In this document: piece by piece, positions 19,934 to 29,061 of the stretch
Numbering within the stretch: position 1 is the stretch's first letter
Layout: each line of letters starts with the position of its first letter
Assembly: GCA_965649265.1 (NCBI GenBank)
Contig: CBFGKC010000009.1
Location: forward strand, 1 to 64,000
Reading direction: 5' to 3'
Source of the DNA: a candidate division WOR-3 bacterium
GTDB taxonomy: Bacteria > Hydrothermota > Tepidihabitantia > B3-TA06
Length of the DNA stretch: 64,000 nt
The notes under the pieces: model-generated
Database searches by the model: none
Told to the model about the DNA's origin: nothing
Seen by the model: the letters and a program-made list of their open reading frames with translations, nothing else
Program-made: the position numbers and the translations under genes

Positions 19934-20736
19934 TCCTGAGTCTCCTCTGTCTCTTTTTTTGAAATTATTACCTTTGAGCCCGTGGATAAACCCAAAAGAT
20001 CGGCTGCGCTGTCCTGGTTAGCGCAAATCTCGTAATATCCCCAGCTGCCAAGCAGAACGCCCAGAACCTTCTGAGGAAGCTCAAAATAGATATTGACTCG
20101 TTCCAGTCTTTTTGAATTCGTTATAAAATCGTAACCACCGGGCGCGTGCTCAGGTCGCAGGTTGGTTACAAGATTCCCGAAACCGTCCACGTAGATAACC
20201 TCTCCTTCAAATCCCGTATTCACGGGAACGGGTTCGGGGATTTTTATCATTAATGGATTGTCGTAAGGCTTAAGAAAAGCAACCGAACCTTCACCCTTGA
20301 GTAGTTCGCCCGCCGCCGCCGCGTAGATGTCTCTTCCGTGAAAAGTCTTCGACGAAGAGTTAATGCCGGCGTTTTCAGGAAGGATTTCGAACACTTCACC
20401 ACGATGCTTTCTGGCGACTGCACCCAGAATCCCGTTATCCGGACCTATGAATATGTGGCCCTCGGCTCTTACGAGAAGGTGACGCCGGGCCGAGCCCACC
20501 TCGGGGTCAACTACGACAACGTGGACGGTACCTTCAGGAAAGCTTGCGAAATTGGCCTCGAGAACGAGCAGGGCGGCTCGTTTATCGAAACGAGGAATGT
20601 TGTGAGAGATGTCGATGATCGTCGTCCTGGGCGCACGGGTCAAAAGAACACCCTTCATTGCCGAGACGTAACCGTCGGCGAGCCCGAAATCCGTAAGAAG
20701 CGTCACAATGCTGGAGAGCGCAAACTTATTTTGCAT
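19930..20736 (-). CDS. SAM hydroxide adenosyltransferase / chlorinase-fluorinase family (DUF62)
   Basis: TLLTDFG, VVDPEVGS, PDNG, TFHGRDI and DGFGNLVTN motifs. Confidence 0.93.
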   Translation of the reverse strand: MQNKFALSSIVTLLTDFGLADGYVSAMKGVLLTRAPRTTIIDISHNIPRFDKRAALLVLEANFASFPEGTVHVVVVDPEVGSARRHLLVRAEGHIFIGPDNGILGAVARKHRGEVFEILPENAGINSSSKTFHGRDIYAAAAGELLKGEGSVAFLKPYDNPLMIKIPEPVPVNTGFEGEVIYVDGFGNLVTNLRPEHAPGGYDFITNSKRLERVNIYFELPQKVLGVLLGSWGYYEICANQDSAADLLGLSTGSKVIISKKETEETQE

Positions 20737-22276
20737 ACTCCACGTTCCTGACCTCCCTTATCACGACGACTTTTATGTATCCCGGGTATTGCAGTTCCGT
20801 CTGTATCTGGCGGGCTATCTTGTGGCTCATCTCTTCAACCTCGAGATCGGAAACGACCTCGGGCTGGACGAGCACGCGGAGCTCCCTGCCGGCCTGGATG
20901 GCGTATGCCTTTTCGACCCCATCAAAGCTCGTCGCAATGTTTTCAAGTCGTTCCAGTCTTTTGAGGTAAGCCTCCAAGGTCTCGCGGCGGGCTCCCGGCC
21001 TTGAACCCGATATGGCGTCGGCGGAGGCAACGAGGAAAGCGTAGGCGCTTTCCATAGGTACCTCCTCGTGATGCGAGGCCAGAGCGTTAACGACCACCGG
21101 GTCCTCACCATACTGGGAAACGATGCGTGCGCCGATATCCGCATGGGGTCCCTCAAGGTTGTTGTCCGCGACTTTTCCGATATCGTGAAGAAGCCCTGCC
21201 CTTACCGCAAGCTGGGTGTCGAGCTTGAGTTCGCTTGCCATGTTAAGACAAAGGTTGGCTACCTCCCTGGAATGCTGAAGAAGGTTCTGGCCGTAACTCG
21301 AACGATACTTCATCTTGCCTATGTAATTGAATAGTTCCTCGTTAAGTCCTATGAGACCCAACTCCGCGGCGGTCTCTTCACCCGTGGTTCTCACGTGTTC
21401 GATTATCTCTTTCTCGACCTCGTTGTATATTTCCTCGATTCTTGCCGGGTGAATCCGACCGTCGACTATCAATCTCTCTAGCGTAACCTTGGCCTTTTCT
21501 CTCCTCAATGGATCGAATGCGGAGATTATCACGGCTCCAGGCGTATCGTCCACAAGAACCTCGACGCCTGTGAGCGTCTCGAATGTCCTGATGTTGCGCC
21601 CCTCTCGTCCGATTATTCGTCCCTTGAGTTCCTCGGACGGGAGCTCGACGACGGATACGGTGGATTCAGTCCAGTGCGAGAGGGAAACCTTCTGAATCGC
21701 TTGTGCTATAATCTCCTTTGCCGAACGTTCAGCTTCCTGACGCGCGTGTTCCTTGATGTCCTTAATGAGCTGCAGTGCTTCCAGGTCGGCCTGCCTTCGC
21801 AAATTGGCGATGAGTTCGGCCTTTGCCTTCTCCTTGCTGATCAGGGATATGCTTTCGAGCCTGCGATTCTCTTCCTCGATCAGCTGGTCGTGTCGTTCCA
21901 TCTTGGTCTTGAGAATCTTCTCGAGGTTGGCAAGATATTTCTCGTTGCGAATGAGGGCGCTTTCCCGTTCGGTCAGGTAATGACTGCGGCGCTCGAGCAT
22001 CACCTCCCTGTCCGAAAGTTTCTTGCCCTGCTTGTCCAGTTCTTTTCGTTCGAGCGAGAACTGCTTTTCGAGCTTCTCTCTTGCTCGCAGCCAGCGTTCC
22101 TTTGCCTCGACGTCTGCGGCTTTAAGGAGATTCTCGACCTCCTTTTCCGCGTCCTTGATGATTTGTGTGGCCTTCACCTTCGTATTGGCAATCCGGCGCA
22201 CACTGAATAATTGAAATACAAAAAATCCTAAAAGGAAGGCCAAAACGGCCGTTCCGGCGACAATCGCTATAGTCAT
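20726..22276 (-). CDS. rny: Ribonuclease Y
   Basis: N-terminal TM, coiled coil, KGRIIGREGRNIR KH domain and LLHDIGK HD domain. Start ATG 22276 has a GGAGG SD. Confidence 0.97.
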   Translation of the reverse strand: MTIAIVAGTAVLAFLLGFFVFQLFSVRRIANTKVKATQIIKDAEKEVENLLKAADVEAKERWLRAREKLEKQFSLERKELDKQGKKLSDREVMLERRSHYLTERESALIRNEKYLANLEKILKTKMERHDQLIEEENRRLESISLISKEKAKAELIANLRRQADLEALQLIKDIKEHARQEAERSAKEIIAQAIQKVSLSHWTESTVSVVELPSEELKGRIIGREGRNIRTFETLTGVEVLVDDTPGAVIISAFDPLRREKAKVTLERLIVDGRIHPARIEEIYNEVEKEIIEHVRTTGEETAAELGLIGLNEELFNYIGKMKYRSSYGQNLLQHSREVANLCLNMASELKLDTQLAVRAGLLHDIGKVADNNLEGPHADIGARIVSQYGEDPVVVNALASHHEEVPMESAYAFLVASADAISGSRPGARRETLEAYLKRLERLENIATSFDGVEKAYAIQAGRELRVLVQPEVVSDLEVEEMSHKIARQIQTELQYPGYIKVVVIREVRNVEYAK

Positions 22277-22291
22277 CGCTCCTCCAGGCAT

Positions 22292-22459
22292 GCCCTCCGC
22301 CGTGCCGTGGATACGGGTGTCTTGAACCCAAGAATTATGGCAGGGTTTGGAAAACCGAATCCTGAAAAACGAAAACGATTCTCAACTCATCGGCTCCTGG
22401 CCCCTATCCTTGAGTGTTGGCTCAAGACAAAAACCGCCAGCACGCACACGGCAGGGGGC
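22292..22459 (-). ncRNA. ssrS: 6S RNA
   Basis: Lies between zapA and rny (conserved synteny). Ends pair (CCCTGCCGTGTGCGTG / CACGGCACGGCGGAGGG) and the inner stem GTCTTGAGCC / GGGTTCAAGAC is typical of 6S. Confidence 0.85.
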
Positions 22460-22725
22460 TAAATTACTTCTTCTATCTCCTGGATGAGACGCTGAGCCCT
22501 CTCGGTAGTCTCTTTTTCAAAAGAGGAGCGTTGCTCGTCAAGCTTATCTGCCAGATCAAGGGCCACAAGCAACGCGCAGCGAGTGAGGGAAATATTACCG
22601 AATTTCTCTTTCTTTTCCTTAATTAACTTGTCAATCCACGACGCAAGGCGATCCAGTTTCTCTCGCGATATATCGTGACGCACCTTTAACTCGTGGCCTG
22701 AAATTGTTATCTTGTCAACAGCCAT
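22459..22725 (-). CDS. zapA: Cell division protein ZapA
   Basis: ITISGHEL..., LASWIDKLI and ALLVALDLAD pattern; synteny with 6S RNA and rny. Confidence 0.85.
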   Translation of the reverse strand: MAVDKITISGHELKVRHDISREKLDRLASWIDKLIKEKKEKFGNISLTRCALLVALDLADKLDEQRSSFEKETTERAQRLIQEIEEVI

Positions 22726-22744
22726 AACTCAAGTCTCATCCAGA

Positions 22745-22912
22745 CTATTCCAGTCTTTCCAGTATCGCGGCGAGACGTTCGGATGCTTTCTCTCTCAGGC
22801 GTTCCAAATCGCCAATTTCTTCCTGCATCCTCGCTCGCTCTTTTTCCAGTTCCCGAACACGCTCGATAAGGGCTCGTACAAGTTTCTCCAGACGGTCCAG
22901 ATCAGCTTCCAT
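22745..22912 (-). CDS. Small coiled-coil ZapB-like protein (55 aa; not in the ORF track)
   Basis: Manual translation MEADLDRLEKLVRALIERVRELEKERARMQEEIGDLERLREKASERLAAILERLE; AAGGAG SD; lies between pheT and zapA. Confidence 0.8.
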   Translation of the reverse strand: MEADLDRLEKLVRALIERVRELEKERARMQEEIGDLERLREKASERLAAILERLE

Positions 22913-25262
22913 CTCCTTCTCTTCCTCTTACTACGGCGTCGAACTTGCGAACAAGGCTTCCGGCAAGCCTTGCGACAAGATCATCCAGTTCGTCTTTCGA
23001 CAGGTTCTCCTCCCGGGGCGCAAACCTCAGCCTCAGACCAAGGTTCCTTTTTCCCTCGGGGAGGGGGGGGCCGGAAAAGCTGTCGAACACGTCCACCTCG
23101 GGTGACAATGAACCCGTCTCCTCGCGGACAAATTGCATAATTTCCTGCGCATCGGTTTCCGCGGAAAGAAGCAAGGCTATATCACGTTCGGCGGGCAGAA
23201 ATCTTGAAAGCGGATTGTAAGCAAATGTCTGAGGCCTCTTGTCATAAAGGACGGAAAGCTCTATCTCCGCCAGATAAAGCTCCTTTGAAATGCCTTTGGA
23301 ATCGAGCATCTTACCCGAAACACGTCCGAATGAACCCGTGATTTCTTCAAAAAGCAAAACCTGGGCGGCCTCGGGTTCGAAATAACTTTTCTCGACTTTA
23401 ACGAACTTTAAATCGTCGAAACCCAGGTGAGCGTAAAGCATTTCTATAATTCCCTTCAGGTCAAAGAAATCCACATCCCTCTGCTGGATATCCCACGATA
23501 GAGGCTCGACCTTGCCCGCAAGAAGGACCCCTAAAACCAGCTTTTCCTTGATGCCTTCGGACGTTTTTGCGAAAACGTTTCCGATCTCGAACAAGGCAAG
23601 ATTCTCCTCTCCGAAACGAATATTGTTTCCTGCACAGGTAACCAGACCAGTCAGTAACGAAGGCCTCAAGACGTTCATCCTCTCGGAAAGCGGGTTTGAA
23701 ACCTCGACGGCGTCCGAAAGATTCTCCTCACGGAGTTCCTTGTCGGAAACGAGGCTCAGTGAAAAAACCTCCGTGAGGCCCTGACCCGAGAGAAACTTGC
23801 GGATATTGTTAGTGAACCTGGTCAAATCGTGTATCCTGCCGGGCGTTTCCGACTTGATCTTGAACCTTGAAGGCAGATCATCGTATCCCCTCAACCTGAG
23901 AACCTCCTCGATGAGATCCACGTCTTCAGTGACGTCGTTGCGGTGCGCCGGTATCTTTACCTGTATTGCGTTGCCGACCTTCTGGACGCCGAATCCGATG
24001 AGGCCGAGATTCTTTACGGCTTCTTCAAGCGAGATATCCATGTTCGCGTATGAGTCGAGCTTTGGTTTTTCGAGCTCAAGATTGCCCTTTTCCGCGGGAT
24101 TGCCCCACGCCAGTTCGCCCAGGACTGCTACATCGGGCGAGATATCGGCGAGAAGGTTCATGAATAGGAGAGCGGCATCACGCGTCACCGCGCCGTCCAC
24201 GCCTGCGGCAAAACGCTTGCTCGAATCGCTCTGCAAGGCGGTACGTCCTATACCCCACCTTGCGGACTGAGGAGTGAATTCAGCCGCCTCGAGGAAAAGT
24301 CTGTGTGTCGCGGGCGAGACCTCGGAATCCTCTCCCCCCATGATTCCTGCAAGCGCAAGCGGGTGGTTGTCATCCGCTATGAGCAGGCATTCGGATGTGA
24401 GCGGGTATTCCCTGTGATCGATCGCCGTAAATTTTTCGGCAGCCGCCGCCCTTTTGACCTTCACGACCGATCCGCCTATGCGAGAAGCATCGAAGGCATG
24501 CAGCGGCTGGCCCGTTACAAACATGACGTAATTGGAGAGATCTACCACATTGTTTACAGGTCTCGCCCCAAAGGAGTGAAGCCTCCATTTCAACCAGAAT
24601 GGGGATGGTGCCACGCGCACGGCGTCGATAACGAAACCGTAATACTGCCTGATATCATCCACTGCCTCTATGTGAAGCTTGTATTTGTGTTCCCTGGGTT
24701 GGAAATCAAGCGACGGCCCCGGCGGAGCGGAAAAAAACTCACCCATCATGGGCGACAACTCACGCGCAAGACCGTACAACGAATAGAGATCACCGCGGTT
24801 CGGTGTGATTTCAACATTAAGAACCGTGCTCTCGATTACATCAGGCAAGGCGACACCCGTAGGCGTACCCATCGGAAGAATCACCGGGATATCATCAACC
24901 AGACCAAGTTCCTTCTCGGTCATAATCAAGGCGGTAACACCCGTATCACCCTCGCGAGCCTTAAGCGTCTCTTCGAAAAAAGAGCTGCCTGGAAGGGCAA
25001 CCGCGACGACGCTCTCAGGAGCAACGTCTATATGCGAGTAAGCGTAATATCGCTCCTCCCCGCACTCGACAGTAAGCACGACGCCGTCATCGAGCGTCTG
25101 AGCCAAACCTGTGACCTGGGCCGTTTTTACCGCAGGGTCATAAGACAAAAGTTCTATTATCTCCTCAACCGGAAATCCGACCTTTTCAAGATAGTGCGCA
25201 ACCGCGTGAGCGGAAAAAGTCTTGCCGGTAACTTCCTCGAGCAATCGTAATGGTAATCTCAT
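22902..25262 (-). CDS. pheT: Phenylalanine-tRNA ligase beta subunit
   Basis: EITPNRGD, GQPLHAFD, DLIEEV, NPLSE and FEIGNVF motifs, plus a C-terminal FDX-ACB domain. Confidence 0.96.
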   Translation of the reverse strand: MRLPLRLLEEVTGKTFSAHAVAHYLEKVGFPVEEIIELLSYDPAVKTAQVTGLAQTLDDGVVLTVECGEERYYAYSHIDVAPESVVAVALPGSSFFEETLKAREGDTGVTALIMTEKELGLVDDIPVILPMGTPTGVALPDVIESTVLNVEITPNRGDLYSLYGLARELSPMMGEFFSAPPGPSLDFQPREHKYKLHIEAVDDIRQYYGFVIDAVRVAPSPFWLKWRLHSFGARPVNNVVDLSNYVMFVTGQPLHAFDASRIGGSVVKVKRAAAAEKFTAIDHREYPLTSECLLIADDNHPLALAGIMGGEDSEVSPATHRLFLEAAEFTPQSARWGIGRTALQSDSSKRFAAGVDGAVTRDAALLFMNLLADISPDVAVLGELAWGNPAEKGNLELEKPKLDSYANMDISLEEAVKNLGLIGFGVQKVGNAIQVKIPAHRNDVTEDVDLIEEVLRLRGYDDLPSRFKIKSETPGRIHDLTRFTNNIRKFLSGQGLTEVFSLSLVSDKELREENLSDAVEVSNPLSERMNVLRPSLLTGLVTCAGNNIRFGEENLALFEIGNVFAKTSEGIKEKLVLGVLLAGKVEPLSWDIQQRDVDFFDLKGIIEMLYAHLGFDDLKFVKVEKSYFEPEAAQVLLFEEITGSFGRVSGKMLDSKGISKELYLAEIELSVLYDKRPQTFAYNPLSRFLPAERDIALLLSAETDAQEIMQFVREETGSLSPEVDVFDSFSGPPLPEGKRNLGLRLRFAPREENLSKDELDDLVARLAGSLVRKFDAVVRGREGDGS

Positions 25263-25268
25263 ATCCTA

Positions 25269-25296
25269 AGTTTAGCAGAAATTTGGGGTTAGTCAA
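25269..25296 (-). promoter_or_regulatory. pheT promoter, apparently leaderless
   Basis: TTGACT-16-TAAACT-6 nt-ATG. Confidence 0.7.
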
Positions 25297-25597
25297 GAGC
25301 CAATCCTCTTGAAACGTAACGGACTTGAGGTTACTTCTGAGTTTTTTTCGATACTAACCTGCCTCGAAGTCTAAATCATGTTGCGCGAATAATGCTTCTA
25401 ATCATAAAAGAGACTATATACAATATCTCCATACGATTAGTGCTACAGAGATGAAGAATAAAATGTCGAGGATATCTGCAAAGAACAAACTCAACTTTTT
25501 TTGATGCGTAAGATATGAAGCAGAGAGAAGGAAGAAGATGAATGTGGTTCATAGGTATTATTACCTTGTGAGTAGTCTGTATACTACGAGGGGGATC

Positions 25598-25782
25598 GGG
25601 TACGTTACGGGCAGGAGGGGGTGTTACGAGTGTTACGGGGTGTTATTTCCTCTGATCTAAAGCTGCTGATGGAAATGACCTATGGGACGAGGACTCATCC
25701 CAATGGTCAGACCCTGCCCCGAAGGGGTACGGGGTGTTACGGGTTACGGGGGAGGTGTTACGGGTGTTACGGGTGTTACGGG
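25598..25782 (+). repeat. Family A composite: GTGTTACGG tracts flanking an 82-bp three-hairpin core (25646-25727)
   Basis: Core is 78/82 identical to 63481-63562; the last repeat unit contains the mnmA stop codon. Confidence 0.95.
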
Positions 25783-26921
25783 CACGATATTGTTCCGGCC
25801 AAAACTACCTTGTCATCATGGTAGATTACGGCAAGCTGGCCGGGCGTGATGGCCTCGAGTTTGTGGTCGAGAATGACCCTGTCTTCCTCGAGCCGGCAGG
25901 GGACGGAAGGCGTGGCATACCGGATCTTGCAATAGAGGGGGAGGGAGGATAAGTCGCGGTCGGTGAAGCGGTTAATGTTGACGATTCTGAAACAGGTCGA
26001 GCAAAGCGCGGAGCGCGGGCCGACAATCACGCGGTTTTTCTCGGGATCGAGCCGGACCACGAACAACGGCTCTCCTACAGCGATGCCGAGACCTTTGCGC
26101 TGACCGATGGTGTGGAACCAGATACCTTTGTGAAGACCCAGGAAATTGCCTTCAAGGTCGACTATTTCACCCTCTTTCTCGCCAAGATGTTTTTTGAGGA
26201 ACCCTTGCGTATTGCCGTCGGGTATGAAACATATGTCCTGGCTTTCGCGGTTGATGCATGGAAGTTTTTCTTCACGTGCTATCTTTTTGACCTCGATTTT
26301 AGTAAGTTCGCCTAACGGAAAGAGCAGCTTTGAAAGCCGCGACTTAGGGATAAGGGCAAGGAAGTACTCTTGTGATTTTCGATCGTCTTCGGCCTTTGCA
26401 AGGAAGTATTCACGGATTTCAGGAGAGGGTGGAGAGTTCTCTAAGTTATTTTCAGAAAAGACGTTCTCCTGGGGGCGAGAGATGGGTTCCCCTGGTAAAG
26501 GGTTGGGGTCCCCAAAGGAATACTCCGTATTTCTTTGGGGTGATATTTTTGCATAGTGACCGGTGGAGAGGAAATCGGCGCCGAAACGCTCGAAGGATTC
26601 CCAGAAAAGCCCGAAGCGGATGCGCTGATTGCAGACAGCACAGGGATTCGGCGTGCGGCCGTTCTTGTATTCGTCAATGAAGTAGCGGACGACTTCCTCT
26701 TCAAATTGCTTGCGCACGTCGATTATGGAGTGTGGAATGCCGAGTGTGCGGGAGACCTGAACCGCCGCCTCAATATCCTCCCGTGAACAGCACCGGCCGT
26801 CCTCGGACCACATACGCAAGGTAAACCCGTGTACTTCGAAGCCCTGTTCCTTGAGAATGAACGCGGCGACCGAGGAGTCTACCCCGCCGCTCATGCCAAG
26901 AAGGACTTTGCCTTTATTCAT
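25776..26921 (-). CDS. mnmA: tRNA 2-thiouridylase MnmA (Cys-rich type) with an internal insertion
   Basis: MSGGVDSS, RTPNPC, STGHYA, ESQDICF, HTIGQRKGLG and ITPGQ motifs. Confidence 0.96.
   Translation of the reverse strand: MNKGKVLLGMSGGVDSSVAAFILKEQGFEVHGFTLRMWSEDGRCCSREDIEAAVQVSRTLGIPHSIIDVRKQFEEEVVRYFIDEYKNGRTPNPCAVCNQRIRFGLFWESFERFGADFLSTGHYAKISPQRNTEYSFGDPNPLPGEPISRPQENVFSENNLENSPPSPEIREYFLAKAEDDRKSQEYFLALIPKSRLSKLLFPLGELTKIEVKKIAREEKLPCINRESQDICFIPDGNTQGFLKKHLGEKEGEIVDLEGNFLGLHKGIWFHTIGQRKGLGIAVGEPLFVVRLDPEKNRVIVGPRSALCSTCFRIVNINRFTDRDLSSLPLYCKIRYATPSVPCRLEEDRVILDHKLEAITPGQLAVIYHDDKVVLAGTISCP
26505..26542 (-). repeat. Family C REP-like palindrome inside mnmA
   Basis: CCCCAAAGGAATAC-TCC-GTATTTCTTTGGGG. 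On the minus strand it reads ACCCC...GGGGACCCC, as at 59050-59086. Confidence 0.8.
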
Positions 26922-26978
26922 TTCAGTCCAAGTATCTTGACAGGAATCTTATAGTAAGTCACATGATCATAAGACTTC

Positions 26979-27259
26979 TCTGAGAAATGTTCTGAGGGAG
27001 GTTCTGAGGGGGGCTCTGAGGGGGGCTCTGAGGGGGGCTCTGAGGGAGGCTCTGAGGGGGGCTCTGAGGAGGGCTCTGAGGAGGGCTCTGAGGAGGGCGA
27101 GCGTGCGCCAGGGGCGCATGGGCAGAATGGAATTCTGCAAGGAGTGGCCGGAGGCGCTGGACGCAAGCTTTGCTTCCGCCATCTCACTTTTGAATATCAA
27201 TGAGAGCGCCGGAAATGCAATTCCGCAGAAGAGAATACTGAGGGGTTGCTGAGGAGGGC
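26979..27259 (+). repeat. Family B composite: ten 12-bp TCTGAGG(A/G)(A/G)GGC units, a 41-bp two-hairpin core (27099-27139) and degenerate distal units
   Basis: Core is homologous to 10658-10695; the last unit CTGAGGAGGGC abuts the pepA stop codon. Confidence 0.93.
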
Positions 27260-28762
27260 TTAGCCTTCCCATAGCTCGGCAAAACGCAGAAGTGTACGAA
27301 CTCCGAAACCTGTGGCACCTTTCCTGTAGCATGAGTAGTTTTTGTCCACGAACTCTTTTGCGGCCATATCGATGTGCGTCCAGGGTTTATTCCCGGTAAA
27401 GTATTCGAGGAACTTGGCGGCGGTTATTGATCCCGCATGTGCACCGCCTACGTTTTTTATCTCGGCTGCCGTGCTTTCCAGGAGTTCTTTGTACTCATCA
27501 AACATGGGCATTGGCCAGAGTTTTTCGCCGGTGGATGAGGTGTTGTCAAGGAATATTTTTTTCATTTTTTCATCAGAGGTGAAAAGCCCGGCCACTTTTG
27601 TTCCCAGCGCGACAACTGACGCACCCGTAAGAGTTGCAATATCGATGAGGACGGCTGCACCGAGTTCGCAGGCGTAGGATAAAGCATCGGCCATAACGAG
27701 CCTGCCCTCTGCGTCCGTGGAGATTATCTCTACACTGGGTCCTTTGAAACTCTGGACAATATCGCCAGGATTCTGGGCCGCACCGTCGGGCTCGTTCATG
27801 GCGGCAGGAATGAGACCCATGACGTTTCGTTTTATGCCCAGCTTTGCCATGGCAATCAAGGCGCCTGCAACGGCAGCAGCGCCGGCCATATCGCCCTTCA
27901 TGCCTTCCATTCCCTGCGCGGCCTTGATGGAGATTCCGCCGGAGTCGAACATAACACCCTTTCCGATTATTGCCAGCCACGGCGCGCTCTTGCCCGCGCC
28001 GTTATGCATCAAAGACACGAGTCGCGGAGGATTTACGCTGCCCTTTGCGACGCCCCAGAAAAGATTCATACCTTTCTTCTGGATCCATTCTTCGTCGTAT
28101 ACCTCGACATTCGCGCCCGCCTCCTTTGCCGCTTTCGAGACGACCTCTGCAAACCCGACAGGAGTCATGACGTTGCTGGGTTCATTGACGAGATCGCGGG
28201 CGAAGTTTTGAGCCTGGGCCACGATCTCCGCTCGCCTGGCGCTCGACTCGAATGCAGCTATCTTAGCCTGGTCACGTTCGATGACTGTAAGGTTTTCCAG
28301 GCGGGGTTTTGCCTTCTCTTCGTCGGATTTGTACTTGTCGAATCTGTAGGAAGCCAGAATAGAACCAAGGATTGTGGCCTCTGCCGCGGCAGAAGGTTCG
28401 ACACCGCCAATGCCTGCGCCGTGCACTATCGTCATCGCCTTTTTCACGGATATTTTTTCAGCCGCCCAGACCGCTGAGGCCGCAGCGCGCCTGATTTCGT
28501 CGAAGGAAAACTTTTCTCGCTCGCCCAGCCCGACAACCAACACACGCTCGGCCTTTATCTTTCCGCAGGTGTGGAGAATCGCTGTTTCACCCAGCTTCCC
28601 GCTTATATCTCCGGCGGCGATGATTGCCGATATGGCCCCACCGAGCGCGGCGTCCACAGCTCCGGTCGCGCCTGCCGGGGTTTCGACCCCCTTGAAAAGA
28701 TTGACTATGAGAAGGGGCGTTGCTACCGAGGTAACGTCACCTTGCTTAACATCGACTTTCAT
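27260..28762 (-). CDS. pepA: Leucyl aminopeptidase (M17)
   Basis: GKGVMFDSGG, MKGDMAGAA, STDAEGRL and DIATLTGA motifs. Confidence 0.96.
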   Translation of the reverse strand: MKVDVKQGDVTSVATPLLIVNLFKGVETPAGATGAVDAALGGAISAIIAAGDISGKLGETAILHTCGKIKAERVLVVGLGEREKFSFDEIRRAAASAVWAAEKISVKKAMTIVHGAGIGGVEPSAAAEATILGSILASYRFDKYKSDEEKAKPRLENLTVIERDQAKIAAFESSARRAEIVAQAQNFARDLVNEPSNVMTPVGFAEVVSKAAKEAGANVEVYDEEWIQKKGMNLFWGVAKGSVNPPRLVSLMHNGAGKSAPWLAIIGKGVMFDSGGISIKAAQGMEGMKGDMAGAAAVAGALIAMAKLGIKRNVMGLIPAAMNEPDGAAQNPGDIVQSFKGPSVEIISTDAEGRLVMADALSYACELGAAVLIDIATLTGASVVALGTKVAGLFTSDEKMKKIFLDNTSSTGEKLWPMPMFDEYKELLESTAAEIKNVGGAHAGSITAAKFLEYFTGNKPWTHIDMAAKEFVDKNYSCYRKGATGFGVRTLLRFAELWEG

Positions 28763-29061
28763 GACTCCGGCTCCCTGATTTTGATTTGTTTGCTTGCGAG
28801 TATAGGCGCGAGGGGTAGAAAGTCAAATTGGAGAATTGTGACAAGTTACTCCGCAGGAATCAATGAAACGGCAAGGCAAATTCCATCTGCGGCCTTAATA
28901 ATCGTTTGTGCCGCCCTCCCCGCCCCCCCTCCCTCTTCATCAAAGAAAGGATCTGAACCAGGCTTGAGAGAATCCTGAAAAACGCGGCTTTACCGTACAC
29001 CTGTCCCGTTGACTTCGAGAAACATGTATGTATTTTTGTATGAAAGAACCAAGGAGGACGC

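Noticed and set aside
25646-25727. Hammerhead ribozyme in the 82-bp core
   Set aside because: CTGATG and GGAC-like pieces are present, but the CUGANGA...GAAA...UH order cannot be assembled on either strand by eye.
26918-27332. ORFs with SEPP or LRAP repeats (also 10571-10798, 25621-25952, 60613-60870)
   Set aside because: They are translations of the repeat tracts, with no SD or promoter support and no protein-like content.
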